Positions 7,552 through 16,739 of a stretch of 32,000 bases of DNA are shown piece by piece. The stretch lies in the NCBI GenBank assembly GCA_965219535.1, contig CBDCNV010000001.1, positions 2,126,099-2,158,098 of the forward strand. The letters are read 5' to 3'. Within the stretch, counting starts at the first letter, position 1, and every line of letters starts with the position of its first letter. A program made the position numbers and the translations under genes. Below the pieces are notes generated by a model. The model was given only the letters and a program-made list of their open reading frames with translations, was not told where the DNA came from and did not search any database. Origin of the DNA: Opitutales bacterium. GTDB taxonomy: Bacteria; Verrucomicrobiota; Verrucomicrobiia; Opitutales; PNEW01.

Positions 7552-10500
7552 TGAGCTTTCTTTTTCCAAAGCCTAATGCACCTGCTTCAGGTAATCGCCC
7601 ACTAAACCTGGACAGTGATCAGCTCTCTACTAACCAGGAGGCAGTGCCGCTTCCGTATTTCACGGGAATTGCCAGGTTGGCCGTTCATTGGATCAGCCCT
7701 GCCTATAACCAAAGAGTAACTGAGGTTAAAGAGAAGGTGGGCAAGAAAGAGACCACAGTCGGTTTTAACTATTATGCCGATATCGCAGGAGCGCTTTGTT
7801 TAGGACCTGTTGATAAAGTGACAGCTGTCATAATCGATGGTGAGACACGGTGGACCGGGTCGCTTGTTCGTGATGTGTCAAATCCCGAATACGTTGAGTG
7901 GGTGGTTGGTGAGTATGGTACCTTCCGTTTGTATTGGGGCACTGAGACCCAACCTCTTGATGATTTAGTTTTAAAATACAGCGGGTCCACTACTGAAGAA
8001 GTCAGCCCGGACAAAGAGTGGTGGGAGTTCAGAGATAATTATCCTGACAAAGTATGGACGCAGCCGGAGATCGACAATAAGAAGCGGACTGTAACATTTG
8101 GCGCAATACCTGATGAGCATTCAGCTTACAGAGGACAGTGCTATGCCGCAATGAAGCAGCTGTTTTTTGGGCAAGATAGAACGAGTGCACCGAATGTTGA
8201 GTTTATTCTTGAGAGAGCTGCACGTGCACCTGGTATGACTCTTGATGAAGATATCCAGACGCAAGGCGCTAACTCGATAACAACGATTGCTGAAATTCTC
8301 ACTGAGAAACGTGGAGGGCTAAATTTAAATAACGCCATTTTAAATTCAACAGTCTTTCAGACCTTAAGTAATGCTTTTGCAGCTGCTCCCGCCACCTATT
8401 ATATCTCACCACTTGTAACCAGGCAGCAATCGGCACGCGCTTTGATCGGTGAAATCATGAGTTATTTTGATGGGTTTGCTCGGATCAAGGGAGGTTTAAT
8501 TGAGGTCGGATACTTTCCCCATGATGGTGTCGTTCCCACGGTGACTGAACTCACGCTTCATGAATTGGCTGGTGAACCACAAATTGATTCACCTGGATGG
8601 GAAGGTACATTGAATCAGGTTACGATTGTGGGTAGAGACCGCACTCGCGATCTGAAAGAAAATGCAGAGATTGGATTGTCTCAATATAATCGTCAGGTTA
8701 CTGGGGAACCGCGTCATGAAGTTATTCAAATGCCATTCTTTGTTGATCGGGCACAGGAGCGGGCTTATGCGGATGAATATGCCCAGGTGGTATCGCTCCC
8801 TGAAGAGACTGGCCGGATCCCTGTGCGTAAAGAGAAGGCCGTCAATCTGGATACAACACCATTGCTACCTGGTGATCGCTTCAAGCTCAACTATCAGCCT
8901 CACGGTCTAAATCAAATATTCAGGGTAACGAACCGTCTCGACTCAGGATCAGATAGGGACGTTGAATTGGATTTCGTCGCTGAACGTGGTCTTTTTGCAA
9001 CTCCATTCACGCCACCTCTTGACTCTCTGCTTGGGGTTCAATCCCTGGCACTAATCCCAATTGTGAATGCCAGGCTAGTGGAGCTTCCGCGAATACTGGC
9101 GGAGACAGAATTAACTACATTGACCGTGCTCGCTGAAAGACCAGCTGCAGACATTATCGGCAACCACGTTTGGTATAGTATCGATGATTCAACCTATGAT
9201 CGAATTGGACTCCAGACATCATTCGCAATCAGGGGAACTCTTAATGCGGCCATTGATAACGCGGTTACTAATATTGCTATTACGGCAACAGGTGAGGATA
9301 TCGTTAAATTACAGCCTCAATCTGATGAGGCAAAGAATGATGATTCACTCCTATTATTTGTGGATGGTGAAGTCATATCTATTGGAAACGTGACCGCACA
9401 AGGTAGCAATGAATATGACCTGGTCACACTACGTGGTCGGAGAGGATCATCTGCTGCAGCGCATCTGATTTCAGCAGTGGTTTGGATAATACCAAGAATA
9501 CAATTGGTGCGCTTTAACCACATCGGTTTTGCTTCCGATGTATTGCGATATTTTAAACTTCAGTCTTTTAACTCGACCGCCGTTGAGGATCTCGCCAATT
9601 CCCTTAAAATTTCTTTCACCTTCTCCGACCGCAGTGCAGATAAACCAGCGATCTCTTTTACCTCTGTCCCGACTACTGCTACTGTTGGCGTGGCCGTTGC
9701 AGTAACGGGTCAAATATTAGATGCCAGCGCAGACCTTCATTTCTATTCTATCAGTGGTATTAAATCAAGCACAGGTGAGGAAATCGTGTTCGCATCCAGT
9801 TATATTGCTGAAACTGACGCCTTTAATTTTAATGTGCTTGTAACTTTTCCAAGTGATGGGGCCTGGAGGATCAGGGCGCGAGCGCGCGACGTGCGCGACG
9901 ATCCTGATGGTTACACCGAATTGGATTCTAGCGATATCACCGTCAGTGCAGAGCAAGGACTCTTAGATCCAGATGATACGACACCGCCTGGGGCAGTGAC
10001 AAATGTAACTATAACAGGTGGCTTTGAATTTCTCGTTGCTGAATGGACCAATCCATCAGATTCAGACCTCGCTAAAATAAATATCTACATTAATTCAACG
10101 ACAGTTAAGCCGGAAAGTCCAACGCGTATAGTAGGTAAATTAGTGACCAATACTTTTGTCGGAAATCTACCTAAGAACACGACGCGATATTTCTGGTTCG
10201 AGGCGGTCGATTTTGCCGGTAATGTGGGTGCCGATACCGGCCCTCACAGCGGGACCACAATTGCCGGCATTGATCTCTCACACTTGGGTGTTAACATGGG
10301 ACTGGTCGAGATCGCGAGTTCATTACCAACGACTGACAATTTTAAGGGAAGGACGGTGTTTTTGACAACGGACGATAAGCTATACCGTCACACTGGAAGG
10401 GCATGGACTGCAGCGGTAGCAACGTCCGATCTAACCGGACAAATAACAACCACACAGATCACCGACAGTGCTATCTCAACACCAAAGCTTGCCGCCAATG

Positions 10501-11117
10501 CTGTTACCGCTGCGAAGATCACAGCCCTAACTATAACCTCTGAAAAGATCGCTGCTAATGCCATCACCGCGGGTAAGATTGCTGCTGCTGCTGTCACTGC
10601 CGCGGCAATTGGCGCCAATCAAATTGTCGCCAATACGGCCAATATTAAAGACGCAATTATAAGCAGCGCTAAAATAATTGATTTAGCGGGCAGCAAAATA
10701 CAGGCCGATACCATTGTTGCTGAAAAAATTATCGCTAATGAAATAACCCGCAATTTTACGGTTAAAGCATCAACGGCTACACAAATTACAAACAACGTCT
10801 GGACCGAGGTTGCGAGTCTCACAGTTACAATGACAACAGGTGAAGTCGCTAATATATTGGTAGGGTTTGGATATTCTGACGATGGCGTTGATTTTACTAC
10901 AGATGCTGATATGCGAATACTTGCTTCAGGAACTCTCGTCTTACAGCATGACTGGACTGTGGGGCAAGGAGGTACTCAGATGCAAGCGTTCTCTTATTTA
11001 GACGACGATAATACCCCCACCCGCTATCAACTTCAGGTGAGACCACGAGGTGGTGGCAGCAATGCAAAGCCATCCATTCGTGATCCTCACCTCAGTGTAT
11101 CTGTTTTAAGACGATGA
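7551..11117 (+). CDS. phage host-specificity / central tail-fibre protein (lambda gpJ / GTA g15 class), 1188 aa
   Basis: The N-terminus is J-like (PKPNAP...LNLDSDQLSTNQEAVPLPYFTGIARLA). A fibronectin-III-like segment follows (PPGAVTNVTITGGFEFLVAEWTNPSDSDLAKINIY...YFWFEAVDFAGN), then about 10 tandem decapeptide repeats. The start overlaps the upstream stop (TAATG). Confidence 0.85.
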   Translation: MSFLFPKPNAPASGNRPLNLDSDQLSTNQEAVPLPYFTGIARLAVHWISPAYNQRVTEVKEKVGKKETTVGFNYYADIAGALCLGPVDKVTAVIIDGETRWTGSLVRDVSNPEYVEWVVGEYGTFRLYWGTETQPLDDLVLKYSGSTTEEVSPDKEWWEFRDNYPDKVWTQPEIDNKKRTVTFGAIPDEHSAYRGQCYAAMKQLFFGQDRTSAPNVEFILERAARAPGMTLDEDIQTQGANSITTIAEILTEKRGGLNLNNAILNSTVFQTLSNAFAAAPATYYISPLVTRQQSARALIGEIMSYFDGFARIKGGLIEVGYFPHDGVVPTVTELTLHELAGEPQIDSPGWEGTLNQVTIVGRDRTRDLKENAEIGLSQYNRQVTGEPRHEVIQMPFFVDRAQERAYADEYAQVVSLPEETGRIPVRKEKAVNLDTTPLLPGDRFKLNYQPHGLNQIFRVTNRLDSGSDRDVELDFVAERGLFATPFTPPLDSLLGVQSLALIPIVNARLVELPRILAETELTTLTVLAERPAADIIGNHVWYSIDDSTYDRIGLQTSFAIRGTLNAAIDNAVTNIAITATGEDIVKLQPQSDEAKNDDSLLLFVDGEVISIGNVTAQGSNEYDLVTLRGRRGSSAAAHLISAVVWIIPRIQLVRFNHIGFASDVLRYFKLQSFNSTAVEDLANSLKISFTFSDRSADKPAISFTSVPTTATVGVAVAVTGQILDASADLHFYSISGIKSSTGEEIVFASSYIAETDAFNFNVLVTFPSDGAWRIRARARDVRDDPDGYTELDSSDITVSAEQGLLDPDDTTPPGAVTNVTITGGFEFLVAEWTNPSDSDLAKINIYINSTTVKPESPTRIVGKLVTNTFVGNLPKNTTRYFWFEAVDFAGNVGADTGPHSGTTIAGIDLSHLGVNMGLVEIASSLPTTDNFKGRTVFLTTDDKLYRHTGRAWTAAVATSDLTGQITTTQITDSAISTPKLAANAVTAAKITALTITSEKIAANAITAGKIAAAAVTAAAIGANQIVANTANIKDAIISSAKIIDLAGSKIQADTIVAEKIIANEITRNFTVKASTATQITNNVWTEVASLTVTMTTGEVANILVGFGYSDDGVDFTTDADMRILASGTLVLQHDWTVGQGGTQMQAFSYLDDDNTPTRYQLQVRPRGGGSNAKPSIRDPHLSVSVLRR

Positions 11118-11341
11118 GACCAAGTATCGAAAGAAGAAAAGAATATTTTACCGTATACGATAAAGTGACGGGGAAAATTCTTAGAACTGGGACCTGCCCG
11201 CCAGGCATGGCAGAAGCCCAATTAAATGACCCAGCGACTGAAGCTCTTGTGAAGGAAAAAGCACGCGTCCACGAGGGTCCCGATAGGGTGAAACCACAGA
11301 AGATTAATCTGACTTCTAGGAAGCCTGAGGATCAGCCTTGA
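11114..11341 (+). CDS. small phage-associated hypothetical protein (75 aa)
   Basis: Track ORF. The ATGA overlap with the J-like gene stop suggests translational coupling. No family recognised. Confidence 0.45.
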   Translation: MRPSIERRKEYFTVYDKVTGKILRTGTCPPGMAEAQLNDPATEALVKEKARVHEGPDRVKPQKINLTSRKPEDQP

Positions 11342-11432
11342 GAAAGGTCCAGGAATTGCCAATTCAAGAGACTTGCAACACTCCTGAAATGGCGATAAAT
11401 GGGACTCGCTAATTGTAAGTTTTTTACAAAAG

Positions 11433-11471
11433 TTACCAAACCTCTGTCACCGATTACCAAACCTTCTGTCA
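11433..11471 (+). repeat. two tandem direct repeats TTACCAAACC(T)TCTGTCA separated by 4 nt
   Basis: Read directly: TTACCAAACCTCTGTCA at 11433-11449 and TTACCAAACCTTCTGTCA at 11454-11471. They lie in an ORF-free AT-rich spacer. Confidence 0.6.
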
Positions 11472-11897
11472 TTTTACATAGTTAAATGATATATGTTGCT
11501 AATTATATATCTGTTTCTTACTAAGTGAAAATAATAGTGAGAATAGTAACGTCGATGACGTCTGTGTTTTTTATACTCTTAATTAGTTAATAAAAGTTAT
11601 CCATTTTCATGACCTTAATTGGGCTTCATCTTCTTACTTACGGAAATTAATAAAAGATTAGTCCGTCCAGTTCTTCTGCCACCCGGACTTTTAATATTTT
11701 GAAATCATACCATTGTGTTTATGTAATCTTGGCTTGATATTTTTCACGACTACCCCCTGAAAATAACTATGATTGCTGAACTAATTATAATCGACTTTAA
11801 TGAAATCACTAAGGTTCAATACTTCAAAATGGACTAAATCTTAGCTATCTAAATCAATAGAAAAATCTTCAATTATAAAACAATCCATACGTCTTAA

Positions 11898-11949
11898 ATA
11901 AGAACTCATAAGCCTTTGGTCGGGAGTTCAACTCTCCCCCATGGCACCA
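11898..11949 (+). other. tRNA 3' fragment (anticodon loop CTCATAA, variable loop, T-arm, acceptor 3' strand, CCA): att-like remnant, not a complete tRNA
   Basis: T-arm GGGAG-TTCAACT-CTCCC (11922-11938), acceptor 3' strand CCATGGC, discriminator A, CCA (to 11949). CTCATAA at 11905-11911 gives a CAT anticodon. No GCCATGG 5' acceptor or D-arm is found in the ~80 nt upstream. Confidence 0.65.
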
Positions 11950-12128
11950 TGTTTATCAATTACTTACAACCACCTACCGTTAGGCTGTTTTTTCTAATGG
12001 CCTAGTTTTGGCCTAGATATAATAGATATTTTTTATCATTGTCGCCAGTGAAGGAAGGAGATAAGGCTGGTTCAAAATAAAGGGGTCGCCATTAACGCTG
12101 GAAGTAGTTCATCATGGCAAAGGGAATG

Positions 12129-12908
12129 CTAGCGCACTAAACGGCGCACCCAGTAGGTAAGCTGATCCAGTAAAGTGACGACAATAATGATGACCAGGAG
12201 GAGGATGGCGACTTTTTCATACTGAAAGCCGCGGACGTAGAGCTGAATGTAGTACCCGATGCCTCCAGCTCCGACGAGCCCGAGGACTGCGGCATCTCGG
12301 AAATTCATTTCAAATCTATAGACGGTAAAGAATACGATCTGGGGCACACATTGAGGGAAGAGTCCGAAGCGCAGGGTCTGAAGCCAGCTCGCCCCTGTGC
12401 CGCGCACGGCGTTGATGATGCCCTCTTCGGCTGTCTCAAACTCTTCCGCATAGAATTTTGACAGCATTCCAATGGAATGGAAAGCAATGGCCAACAGCCC
12501 GGGGAAAGGACCAAGACCGACCGCAGCGACAAAAATAAGGGCTACGAGGATAAGTGGAACTGAACGAATGACGCCAAGAAGCCAGCGAACCGGATGTGAG
12601 ATCCAGGCAGGACTGACATTCGAGGCTGCGAGGAAGCCGAGAGGAATTGAAACGACTACGGCCAGAAAGGTACCGGCCAACGTAATCATCATCGTTTCAA
12701 TGGTGGAATTCAGGACCAGAGTCGTTACGCTCCAATCCGGAGGAACGAGGCGTGAAAAGAATTCAATCAAACGCGGTGCAGCGCCGAACAAAAGCTCCAG
12801 ATCGAATTCTGACCAACGCAATGACCAGATGAAAAGCGCGAGGGTCAACAAGCAGAGAGCGAATCGGACTGCAGTTCTTTTATACCAACGATTGCGGAGT
12901 CGTGTCAT
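12129..12908 (-). CDS. phnE: phosphonate-type ABC transporter permease (PhnE family)
   Basis: Track ORF. Polytopic membrane protein with a PhnE-like N-terminus (...LVPPDWS...) and a binding-protein-dependent permease core. It is the last gene of the phnD-phnC-phnE string. Confidence 0.75.
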   Translation of the reverse strand: MTRLRNRWYKRTAVRFALCLLTLALFIWSLRWSEFDLELLFGAAPRLIEFFSRLVPPDWSVTTLVLNSTIETMMITLAGTFLAVVVSIPLGFLAASNVSPAWISHPVRWLLGVIRSVPLILVALIFVAAVGLGPFPGLLAIAFHSIGMLSKFYAEEFETAEEGIINAVRGTGASWLQTLRFGLFPQCVPQIVFFTVYRFEMNFRDAAVLGLVGAGGIGYYIQLYVRGFQYEKVAILLLVIIIVVTLLDQLTYWVRRLVR

Positions 12909-12926
12909 AAGCTCAATGGATTCTTG

Positions 12927-13751
12927 TCAGCTTCCTGGAGAAACGGCGCCGGTATTCACTGACATCGTTATCACCGTATCGCCATTTCCATTCGCTTGGT
13001 AGAGGAACTTAGCGGCTTCCTCCGTAAATTCCTCAGGGATTCCGTCATAGACGATCTTACCCTCAGAAAGACCGATGATCCGGCTGGCAAAACGACGGGC
13101 GAGGGCTGGCTGGTGCAGATTAACGATGAGCGTCACGCTGCGTCGAAGCACACAGTCGATCAATAGTTCGAGGGCATCTTCGGCCAATTCGGGATCCAGA
13201 TTGGATATCGGTTCATCAGCAAGGATGATATCAGCCTCTTGCATGAGAGCCCGTGCAATCGCTGTTCTCTGCCTCTGCCCCCCGCTCAATGTTTCAACAC
13301 GGCGATCGCCAAGACCGTCGAGGTCGACCTCGCGTAGAATTCCCTCGGCCTTTTCCAATTCGCATGCGGGATACCAGTCAAAGATGCTCTTCCATGTTGA
13401 GACACGTCCAAGACATCCACTCAAAATATTGTCGATTACACTGAGGCGGGGAACGAGGTAGAATTCCTGATCGATCATCGCGATTCTACGCGTGTGACCG
13501 CCACTCCTGTCAATTGATTGCTTACGGAGTACCGATTGAAGCACGGTCACTTTACCCGTCGATGGAGCGAGGCGCCCTTTGATGATGCGGGAAAGGGTTG
13601 TCTTACCTGATCCACTGCGCCCCAGCACAAATACCCTTTCGGCCTGCGCGATGTTCAACCGCTCGATATCCAATGCGCAGTTGTTCTCGAATAGTACGTG
13701 AACAGCTTCGAGTTCAACAACGGGAAGCAGATTATCACTTAATAAAGTCAT
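12927..13751 (-). CDS. phnC: phosphonate-type ABC transporter ATP-binding protein (PhnC family)
   Basis: Walker A GRSGSGKTT, signature LSGGQRQR, Walker B ILADEP. I trimmed the track ORF to the ATG at 13751 (MTLLSDN...), which overlaps the phnD stop by 17 nt. The longer track start at 13853 would lie inside phnD. Confidence 0.8.
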   Translation of the reverse strand: MTLLSDNLLPVVELEAVHVLFENNCALDIERLNIAQAERVFVLGRSGSGKTTLSRIIKGRLAPSTGKVTVLQSVLRKQSIDRSGGHTRRIAMIDQEFYLVPRLSVIDNILSGCLGRVSTWKSIFDWYPACELEKAEGILREVDLDGLGDRRVETLSGGQRQRTAIARALMQEADIILADEPISNLDPELAEDALELLIDCVLRRSVTLIVNLHQPALARRFASRIIGLSEGKIVYDGIPEEFTEEAAKFLYQANGNGDTVITMSVNTGAVSPGS

Positions 13752-14619
13752 ACCGCTTTCCCAGCTCCTCGACTTCCAGGTAATTCTCGTGCGTAACTTT
13801 AACGTAACCGTCCACGCTGTAGAGATACTTGAGCAGATAGCTGTTTTCGTCATCGCTGCTTAAGTTGAGAAGGGCCTCTTGAAGCTTCTCAACCGTTTTC
13901 TTTGAAAGTCCTTTTCTTGCGACCAGGCAGTGTGAAGGGATCGGGCGAGACGAAGCGATTGCGACAACCTCGTCGCGCTCTACCGGTCGAAGCAGGTTGA
14001 ACGAGTATTGACCAATACCGGCTGCGTCGACGAACCCGTTGTATACGGCTCGGATCGCCTGTTCATCTCCACCCGCAAAGTAAACCCGATTGAAAAACTT
14101 CTCCGCTGATTTATCGGTCAATCCTTTCGACCTGAAAATATCGAGGGGGTACATGTATCCGGATGAAGAAATCGGATCGACAAAGGCGATGTTTTTATTC
14201 CGGAGATCCTCCAGGTTTTTCAAACCACTGTCTTTTCTAACGAATATCTGCGAAACGTAAGTAGCCTTTCCGTTATAGATCTCCCCCAGGATCGGAATCG
14301 CACCCGCCTGGCGATTTGCCATCACATATTGCAGCGGACCCATAAAGCCGACATCGGCTGTCTTGTTTCGAAGCGCTTCAACAACGCCGGAATAGTCGGT
14401 TGCAACGTACTCCTTGATTCCCATCCCGAGACGATGCTTCAGGTAACCGACAACCGGTTTCACATTCTCCAGGAGCTGGTCGGGATTCTGATAGGCAATG
14501 AATGCAATCCGAAGTTCTGCATTAGATGGGGCCGCTGCGAGGCGCTGCTTCTCAGTCATAATGAGCGCCAGTGGCAAGAGCCAGATTCCGAGCAATAATT
14601 TTCTATTTTTCATAATCAT
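13735..14619 (-). CDS. phnD: phosphate/phosphite/phosphonate ABC transporter periplasmic binding protein (PhnD family)
   Basis: Signal peptide (MIMKNRKLLLGIWLLPLALI) followed by a PhnD-like core (LRIAFIAYQNP...TDYSGVVEALRNKTADVGFMGPLQYV...FVDPISSSGY). Confidence 0.75.
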   Translation of the reverse strand: MIMKNRKLLLGIWLLPLALIMTEKQRLAAAPSNAELRIAFIAYQNPDQLLENVKPVVGYLKHRLGMGIKEYVATDYSGVVEALRNKTADVGFMGPLQYVMANRQAGAIPILGEIYNGKATYVSQIFVRKDSGLKNLEDLRNKNIAFVDPISSSGYMYPLDIFRSKGLTDKSAEKFFNRVYFAGGDEQAIRAVYNGFVDAAGIGQYSFNLLRPVERDEVVAIASSRPIPSHCLVARKGLSKKTVEKLQEALLNLSSDDENSYLLKYLYSVDGYVKVTHENYLEVEELGKRYDFIK

Positions 14620-14633
14620 GATACCCTCAATTA

Positions 14634-16685
14634 CTAATGTAGTCGGTCTGCATATTCTGCGTAGAGTGTCCGGTACTCGCTCACCAAAACATCGACTGTT
14701 TCATAGTTGTCAATGGCTATGGCTTCGCTCGCGTCCTCCGTGGTCTCTGCCATCAGATTGAGGATGGACATGTATTGAGCGTCCTGAATATCCCATTTGT
14801 GAGCATGAATCTCCTGCGTAATCGTCTGCATCGTGATATCGATAAGCTCCCATTTTCCGTTCTGTTTCAGGAATTCATAGGCGGAAAGGAAAAAACTGAA
14901 TTCCTCCAGTTCCGATTCCAGGGTATGCATGGTGTCTTCATAAGCTGCGATCCCACTGCCTACGGTCTCGACATAGGCGGTGAGGTCACCGAGTTCTCGC
15001 TCTGTCAATCCCAGATCGAAGTTTTCGTTGAACCAGACGCTGACCGCTTGAATAGTTGGGAGTCGACCGTCGTGAAAGTAGGGAGCCGAATATTTAATAC
15101 CGAGCAGTGTCGGCGTGTCCAGGGAGCCGTCGCGGGAAAAGGTTGAACTCCTCATGATCGTTCCCAGGTCGTGCCGTTTGTGGTCGACAAAATTCGCTGA
15201 GGGGACGTGGCAGGTTGCGCAGCTGCGCCCGTTCATCCCGCGGAATGGTCGGTGAAAAAGTTCTTCACCGCGCCTTGCCTCCTCCGACGCTAAGTCGGTG
15301 AGTGAACCGTCGAGATTCAGATTCGGGTTCGCCAGAAAATCAAACTCTAGCATATAGGCGATGATTCCGTCCATGAGGACAGGATCCGGTTCCGAACCAT
15401 TGAACTCATTTACAATGACGTTGCGGACAAATTCGCGCAGGGAATCGAAACGGCCGTTTCTCCCGTAGGGCGCTGTGAAACGGATGCCCCGTAAATCCGG
15501 GATGTCTAATGGATCAAAGTGTCCGTTATTGGCATGGGAAGCAAAAAAGCTGTTGGAGACATCGATACCACCCGCTCGCGTCGATAAGCCCGGTATGGAA
15601 AACTTTGGGTTCGTAATACTTTTGTTGTGACAGGTATTGCAGGATATCAGCAGCGATCGCGCAGGATTGCCTAAAATGAAGGGGCTGTCGAAGGCCATGT
15701 CTCCCAGCGCGATCAGGACTGTCTCTCCTTCATCTACGCCTCGCTCCGCCATGTTGAGAATCTGTCGCGGACGCGGTAATTGTTTGTTGATTTCGCTACC
15801 TGGTGGAAGCTTCGTAGGGATTGTTCTACTACCATCATAAGTTGCGCTCGCCCGGGGAAGCGGTTCGAGTCTGCTTCCCTGCGGAACTTGAAACTCTCCG
15901 CAGTAGTTCGCCTCCACGTAATCCCTGATGATGCTCATGTTTGTCAGGAATCGCTCGGGCTCCGGCGGCACCGCGCGGTCGTTAAGAAAACCGGGTGATC
16001 CGAGAGAGGTGCTCAACTCGAGCCACGCCTCCCCAATCATTTTGAATCCTGGAGGATCGGTATACCTCACTTCGTGATGGAAACTTGCCCAGAGCTGACG
16101 GGCGGTATCCAAAGAAGCTTGAGCAGCCCGGTAATCATTCAGAGAATTGTTCGATCTTTCGAGCTGTTCAATGAGGAGATCCGCCACAACCGGCGTGCTG
16201 ATCTCGAATATATTCCTCGCTATGCGCTTCCTTTCCTCCGGTCCCATCTCATCCCCAAGTTCGGCAAGCGCCTCACTGAAGCTTCCTCTGATCTGCGCCG
16301 TCCGCTCCGCATCAAATTCCTTGAAACCCGCAGTCAAGTTATCGATATCGGATTTCACAAGTTCCCAGGGCACGGGATTAAGATTCAAAACAAATGACAT
16401 CCGGCGATAGCTCTCCGCGACCGGATGGTAGGTCTCCGAAGGAACAATATGCGCCAGTAGCGGCGCGTTGACTATACTGAATGCCGCAATCCAGAAGGCA
16501 TAGTTGAATGCCGCGTTCAATCTGCAACAGAGACCCGTTTTATACTCGACACCGTTCGATACCGCTGTTCTTTCCACTGCCTGCTTCATTCTTAAAAGGT
16601 TTTTGTTTAACATTAACACCCGCTTTCGGACTCTTTTTTTGTAGTATTGTGTCAAAGTTTTACCAAAGGAACATAAATTTAGCAT
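14634..16685 (-). CDS. di-haem cytochrome c peroxidase/MauG-family protein with ~330-aa N-terminal extension of unknown type
   Basis: Two CxxCH motifs (CNTCH, CATCH) lie in CCP-like context (...APYGRNGRFDSLREFV..., ...APYFHDGRLPTIQAV...). There is an N-terminal hydrophobic anchor. The start is uncertain (alternative Met codons 25 and 33). It ends 14 nt from phnD. Confidence 0.7.
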   Translation of the reverse strand: MLNLCSFGKTLTQYYKKRVRKRVLMLNKNLLRMKQAVERTAVSNGVEYKTGLCCRLNAAFNYAFWIAAFSIVNAPLLAHIVPSETYHPVAESYRRMSFVLNLNPVPWELVKSDIDNLTAGFKEFDAERTAQIRGSFSEALAELGDEMGPEERKRIARNIFEISTPVVADLLIEQLERSNNSLNDYRAAQASLDTARQLWASFHHEVRYTDPPGFKMIGEAWLELSTSLGSPGFLNDRAVPPEPERFLTNMSIIRDYVEANYCGEFQVPQGSRLEPLPRASATYDGSRTIPTKLPPGSEINKQLPRPRQILNMAERGVDEGETVLIALGDMAFDSPFILGNPARSLLISCNTCHNKSITNPKFSIPGLSTRAGGIDVSNSFFASHANNGHFDPLDIPDLRGIRFTAPYGRNGRFDSLREFVRNVIVNEFNGSEPDPVLMDGIIAYMLEFDFLANPNLNLDGSLTDLASEEARRGEELFHRPFRGMNGRSCATCHVPSANFVDHKRHDLGTIMRSSTFSRDGSLDTPTLLGIKYSAPYFHDGRLPTIQAVSVWFNENFDLGLTERELGDLTAYVETVGSGIAAYEDTMHTLESELEEFSFFLSAYEFLKQNGKWELIDITMQTITQEIHAHKWDIQDAQYMSILNLMAETTEDASEAIAIDNYETVDVLVSEYRTLYAEYADRLH

Positions 16686-16739
16686 ATGCTACATTCGTGA
16701 TATCTATCGTCCTGAATTGATAATTCGTCAAGGAAAAAA

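Noticed and set aside
10388-10822. Minus-strand ORFs rich in Ala, Val and Ile (10388..10618, 10619..10822) that look like small membrane proteins.
   Set aside because: They are the antisense reading of the decapeptide-repeat region of the J-like gene. The periodic sequence removes stop codons on the opposite strand.
11999-12016. GGCCTAG-TTTT-GGCCTAG just right of the tRNA fragment. It shares the 11-mer GGCCTAGTTTT (reverse complement AAAACTAGGCC) with the IS407-like terminal repeat at 787-797.
   Set aside because: Only ~12 nt match and the diagnostic TGACCT terminus is absent. It may be a tiny IS-end scar, but it cannot be distinguished from chance.
12305-13783. ORFs overlapping the phnE and phnC genes (12305..12532, 12472..13002, 13075..13461, 13253..13444, 13598..13783), and the long 5' extension of the phnC track ORF (13752..13853).
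   Set aside because: They overlap genes with strong ABC-transporter motifs and have no motifs of their own. The phnC extension would run through the 3' end of phnD, and the ATG at 13751 gives a normal PhnC N-terminus.
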